A stretch of DNA of 35,319 bases, taken from contig CAZKER010000283.1 in the NCBI GenBank assembly GCA_964551845.1, forward strand, positions 1 to 35,319, given 5' to 3'. This DNA comes from an uncultured Cyanobium sp. (GTDB lineage Bacteria; Cyanobacteriota; Cyanobacteriia; PCC-6307; Cyanobiaceae). Below the pieces are notes generated by a model, which was not told the origin of the DNA, did not search any database, and was given only the letters and a program-made list of their open reading frames with translations. Of the stretch, positions 32,139 to 35,319 are shown piece after piece; position 1 is the first letter of the stretch, and each line of letters starts with the position of its first letter. A program made the translations under genes and the position numbers.

Positions 32139-32357
32139 TCAATCCAATTTCTGTCTTTGATTGAGATCATTGATCGCTCCCTCCAGCAGGAACGAAGCCA
32201 GATTGCTCAACGAGCGTCCATCGCGAAAACTGATTTTCTCAAGACTCTCAAAAACCGCCTTTGAGACAGTGATGCTGATCCTTTGAGGTCTCTTGAAAAC
32301 GTAAGAGCCGACTTCGCCATCTGAAAATGTCTGATCATTCACAGGGAACCTTGTCAA
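32139..32357 (-). CDS. Ribbon-helix-helix (CopG-like) DNA-binding protein
   Basis: PQRISITVS (beta strand), KAVFESLEKIS, GRSLSNLASFLLE. Confidence 0.75.
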   Translation of the reverse strand: MTRFPVNDQTFSDGEVGSYVFKRPQRISITVSKAVFESLEKISFRDGRSLSNLASFLLEGAINDLNQRQKLD

Positions 32358-32420
32358 TAATCACCTTTGCACAATAGGGGATAGATGCGCAACTCACAAC
32401 TGTGTATGCTAAATACGCAT

Positions 32421-32656
32421 TTATATCAACGGCGCCCAATGCCTTATCCGCACTATTCGCTGCACTAGCACGGATCTACTACCTTGGAGGGGTCTTGGTT
32501 GGCACCCCTGAAAAGGACCGCCCACTCTTCTGCGCCATTTCATTTATATTCTTAACGATCCCTTCTTTGGGTTCCAGTTCTATGCACTTGGGGTACTCGT
32601 CTGGATCAAGGCGGAGGGTGGCCTTGGCTTGATCTGGAGGTATTTACAATCTCCAT
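32421..32656 (-). pseudogene. Possible frameshifted RHH-like gene remnant
   Basis: Frame PDQAKATLRLDPDEYPKCIELEPKEGIVKNINEMAQKSGRSFS has no in-frame ATG at its 5' end. ATG at 32656 is one frame off. Confidence 0.3.
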
Positions 32657-32715
32657 TTAGCCCAAGTTATTAATGATTGTGTAACTGAGACGGCCAAGGA
32701 CCACCATTCATGCAT

Positions 32716-32970
32716 TTAGCGCCGCACTAAATAACCAGTAGCACGACCATCAAAATGAGGATGGGCAACGTGAAAGGCTGCTAGCAGTTTAATCTCTGTG
32801 GCGTAGCGCAACTGCTCCAGCCGGTTTACGATTTGCGCTATGTTGAACTTTCTGCGCAGAAGAGCCCCAAGCGTCTGAGATGCCAAATGGGGGAATGGAT
32901 CTGCTACTTCTGGCGCTAGGGTCTTGAGAACCCGCTGAAGATCAGACAGGAAGATTAGTGGGGTCATCAT
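32716..32970 (-). CDS. Hypothetical protein coupled to the upstream pseudogene
   Basis: ATGA overlap with the TGA at 32969-32967. Amphipathic helical sequence LSDLQRVLKTLAP...HLASQTLGALL. Confidence 0.45.
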   Translation of the reverse strand: MMTPLIFLSDLQRVLKTLAPEVADPFPHLASQTLGALLRRKFNIAQIVNRLEQLRYATEIKLLAAFHVAHPHFDGRATGYLVRR

Positions 32971-33161
32971 TCATTGGTGGTGGCACCCTCCTTCAGCAAA
33001 CGAGCGTAATGGCACTGAATGGCGTCTTCCACGATGGCAGCAAAAGTGGTTGATTGATTGGTGCGTTGGCGAAACTCCTAGATTGCCGAGACCAGTTCCA
33101 TCGTCTCTTCACTGGGGCGAATGCCGAACCACTTGGGCCGATCAAGATGATCCCTTGCCAT
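32967..33161 (-). pseudogene. RHH-like small regulator interrupted by an in-frame TAG at codon 28
   Basis: MARDHLDRPKWFGIRPSEETMELVSAI*EFRQRTNQSTTFAAIVEDAIQCHYARLLKEGATTNE*. TAG at 33080-33078. Confidence 0.65.
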
Positions 33162-33800
33162 TTCAGCTGGGGTGAGACGTTGAAGTGTGGCAGGAGATTC
33201 CGACAGGGCATAGCAAAAGGGGAACCTCAGCAAAAGATAATCCCATCGCCGTCCGTCAGGCGTTTTTGACCTGCAATCAAATAGACCATAAGCCGATTAA
33301 GCATATCGTGTTACCAGCCAACCAATATTTTCTTTGCTTTGCGTAAGATGAATGATATTTTCAAAATCTTTCTCATCCCGCCATTTTAGCTCAGCATTTA
33401 CACCAAGATTACCAGGCAAAATATCGCCACTTTCCCTCAAGAATGCTTCCGCATATTCTAGTATTTTTAACGCCTGGGGCGCTCGAGCGGCCCAGCGATA
33501 GTGTTTATTTTCATATTTTATCTCTATTCCAAGATCGCAAATCGCGGCGCCTAGCGCAGTTGATTCATTAATTAGCTCTTCCTTGCTTTGGCCATCATCG
33601 CCACAAGTGATAATGCAAAAATAAATACTTCCCTTGAGCATAGGCGCTTTTAATATGCTATCGCTATCAATTTTGGCAAGAAGCTCCTTGTTTGCTTCAA
33701 TCGTCTCTGCGCTGGGGCGGATGGCGAACCGCTTGGGAGCATCAGGATGATCGTTTGCCATTTCAGCTGGGGGGTGTTGCTTAAGTGTGGCAGGGGTTTC
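33101..33800 (-). repeat. 100-bp imperfect direct repeat (33101-33200 and 33701-33800), exactly 600 bp apart
   Basis: 81/100 identities without gaps by hand count. Covers putative extended -10 (TGcCACACT), leader CCCCAGCTGAAATG and the first 20 codons. Confidence 0.9.
33297..33761 (-). CDS. Hypothetical, apparently chimeric protein (RHH-like N-terminus plus AT-rich unknown domain)
   Basis: MANDHPDAPKRFAIRPSAETIE matches the 33161 pseudogene N-terminus; the remainder is unrelated. Confidence 0.7.
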   Translation of the reverse strand: MANDHPDAPKRFAIRPSAETIEANKELLAKIDSDSILKAPMLKGSIYFCIITCGDDGQSKEELINESTALGAAICDLGIEIKYENKHYRWAARAPQALKILEYAEAFLRESGDILPGNLGVNAELKWRDEKDFENIIHLTQSKENIGWLVTRYA

Positions 33801-34022
33801 GCCAGCAGGGGCAGCGGTCTAGGTCTTCATCGTAACGGCACCAGAGCATGCTTTTCAGAAGCATCAACTGCCTGCTCCAAGGTCTAGTGACTGGAGAGGG
33901 TGGTGGTCTCCCAGCAAATCTCACCGAGCTAGATTCGGCGGCGCAGATCAGCACTGTCCGCGGAGTTGGCAGGAAAGGTGTTGCGACGGTGCTGGCTTGT
34001 GGGGTTGAGGCGTAGTGGCCGT

Positions 34023-35318
34023 TCAGAACTGCTTTTCCAAAGCATCAGCCACAACTGCCTGAATCTTCTTGCCTAGATCCTCTCTAGACCATTCCTCAGA
34101 AATCATCTCGGTCTGCTGGAGCACCAACTCAATCGCCGCTGCCTCCTGATCAGGTGGATACTTATAACGCTTCAGTAGCGCCTTGATCATCGTCCGCAGA
34201 CGTGCCCGAACGTTTTCCTTGTATTGCCAATCGATGCTGAGGTTGCCCCGTAGTTTTTCTGCCAGTTCTCGTGCCATTTTCATCAGCACCTCGTCGCCCA
34301 TCAGGTCTTGTGCTGACTGGTTGTTCGCCAGGGCGTCGTAGAAGGCAACCTCGGCAACAGACAATCCCATTGCATCAACCTTTTCTGCCTCATCACGGAA
34401 CTGCTTTGCCATCGCCCTCAGTTCTTCGATCACCTGTGCTGCCTCGATAGAGCGGTTGGCGTATTTGTTCAGGGATGCCTGAAGCATTTCACTGAACCGC
34501 TTCTGCTTCACGATGTTGGTCTTGAAGCGGGTTTGAACCTCTTCCTTCAGCAACCGCTGCAGCAATTCCACTGCCAGATTCTTCTGGGGGATCTTGCTGA
34601 TCTCTGCCAAGAACTGATCGGACAGGATGCTGAGATCAGGTTTCTGCAGACCCGCCACCTTGAAGATATCCGTGATCCCGTCGGCGACTAATGACTCAGA
34701 GAGCAGTTGACGCAACTCAAAATCAACATTTTTGGGAGCGCCGCCATCGCCTTCTACTCCATCTCCTTTGATTATTGGTGCTCGGATTGCCTGAAGAAAG
34801 GTCACCTCATCATTGAGGGCCATCGCTTCATCAAGCGTTCCGCAGAGGGCAAACGCTTTGGTTATCGCCAGCACGGTGTCGCAATAGCGCTTCTTGCCGT
34901 CGGGTAGTTCAAGGATGTGATCGAGGCAGTTAGACAGCAGTGCCAGTGCCTTGTTGGGTTCATTGAATCTGCTCCAGTCGATGGGGTGGAGCAGGTCACG
35001 GGCGACCTGTAGTTTCTCCTTGAGAATCCTTAGTGCCTCACTGGTGTCAATCGTGGGAGCACCCTTACCCTTCGATGCGGTGTAGGTCGCCAGTGCTTCC
35101 TTGAGTTGGGGGGCGATGCCGATGTAATCGACCACCAGACCGCCTGGTTTGTCTTTGAAGACCCTGTTCACTCGGGCAATCGCCTGCGCCAGGTTTGCCC
35201 CCTTCATCGGTTTATCCACATACATCGTCGCCATACAGGGAGCGTCGAACCCCGTTAACCACATATCCCGCACCAGCACGATCTTGAGCGGGTCGGCAGG
35301 ATCTTTGAAGCGTTTCTC
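34023..35318 (-). CDS. hsdR: Type I restriction enzyme R subunit, C-terminal part (5' end outside window)
   Basis: [74 protein letters not shown]. Confidence 0.93.
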   Translation of the reverse strand, partial: EKRFKDPADPLKIVLVRDMWLTGFDAPCMATMYVDKPMKGANLAQAIARVNRVFKDKPGGLVVDYIGIAPQLKEALATYTASKGKGAPTIDTSEALRILKEKLQVARDLLHPIDWSRFNEPNKALALLSNCLDHILELPDGKKRYCDTVLAITKAFALCGTLDEAMALNDEVTFLQAIRAPIIKGDGVEGDGGAPKNVDFELRQLLSESLVADGITDIFKVAGLQKPDLSILSDQFLAEISKIPQKNLAVELLQRLLKEEVQTRFKTNIVKQKRFSEMLQASLNKYANRSIEAAQVIEELRAMAKQFRDEAEKVDAMGLSVAEVAFYDALANNQSAQDLMGDEVLMKMARELAEKLRGNLSIDWQYKENVRARLRTMIKALLKRYKYPPDQEAAAIELVLQQTEMISEEWSREDLGKKIQAVVADALEKQF

Positions 35319-35319
35319 C

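Larger units (their letters stand above)
29400..35319. mobile_element. Putative genomic island / accessory region (right end outside window)
   Basis: Drop in GC, low gene density, small ORFs, pseudogenes, regulators and an hsdR gene. No integrase or tRNA seen; left boundary approximate. Confidence 0.6.

Noticed and set aside
33826..34020. Possible gene remnant downstream of hsdR (RRNTFPANSADSADLRRRI*LGEICWETTTLSSH*TLEQAVDA)
   Set aside because: Protein-like but with multiple stops and no start. Cannot be supported without a homology search.

Overview
GC-rich chromosomal segment of a picocyanobacterium (Cyanobium/Synechococcus-like, inferred from gene content and order). The core backbone is pgk (partial), an NTF2-like gene, murG, threonine-phosphate decarboxylase, a pentapeptide/TPR protein, pilMNOQ, pyrD, rnhA, a DUF3747-like gene, secE-nusG-rplK-rplA / rplJ-rplL, a clpB-like gene, gloA, eno and an AarF/ABC1 kinase. 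Four accessory elements interrupt it. (1) 0.9-4.9 kb: a self-contained OmpR/EnvZ-type two-component module with four small exported proteins (two Cx12C helical paralogs, a glycine-zipper protein and an EF-hand protein). Three of its promoter regions share a 17-bp box, RGATYYGGTMACARSTT, with 11/22-bp periodic half-sites. This is the best candidate for an undescribed system. (2) A yefM-yoeB toxin-antitoxin pair between murG and the decarboxylase gene. (3) A fused amino-acid ABC binding/permease gene lying antisense between rplA and rplJ. (4) From about 29.4 kb, an AT-richer island with small proteins, LysR and RHH regulators, pseudogenes, a 100-bp promoter+N-terminus duplication that produces an apparently chimeric gene, and the 3' part of a type I restriction subunit gene (hsdR). 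A Yfr2-like sRNA with its own promoter and terminator lies downstream of rplL. All calls come from reading the sequence and ORF track; no database searches were run.
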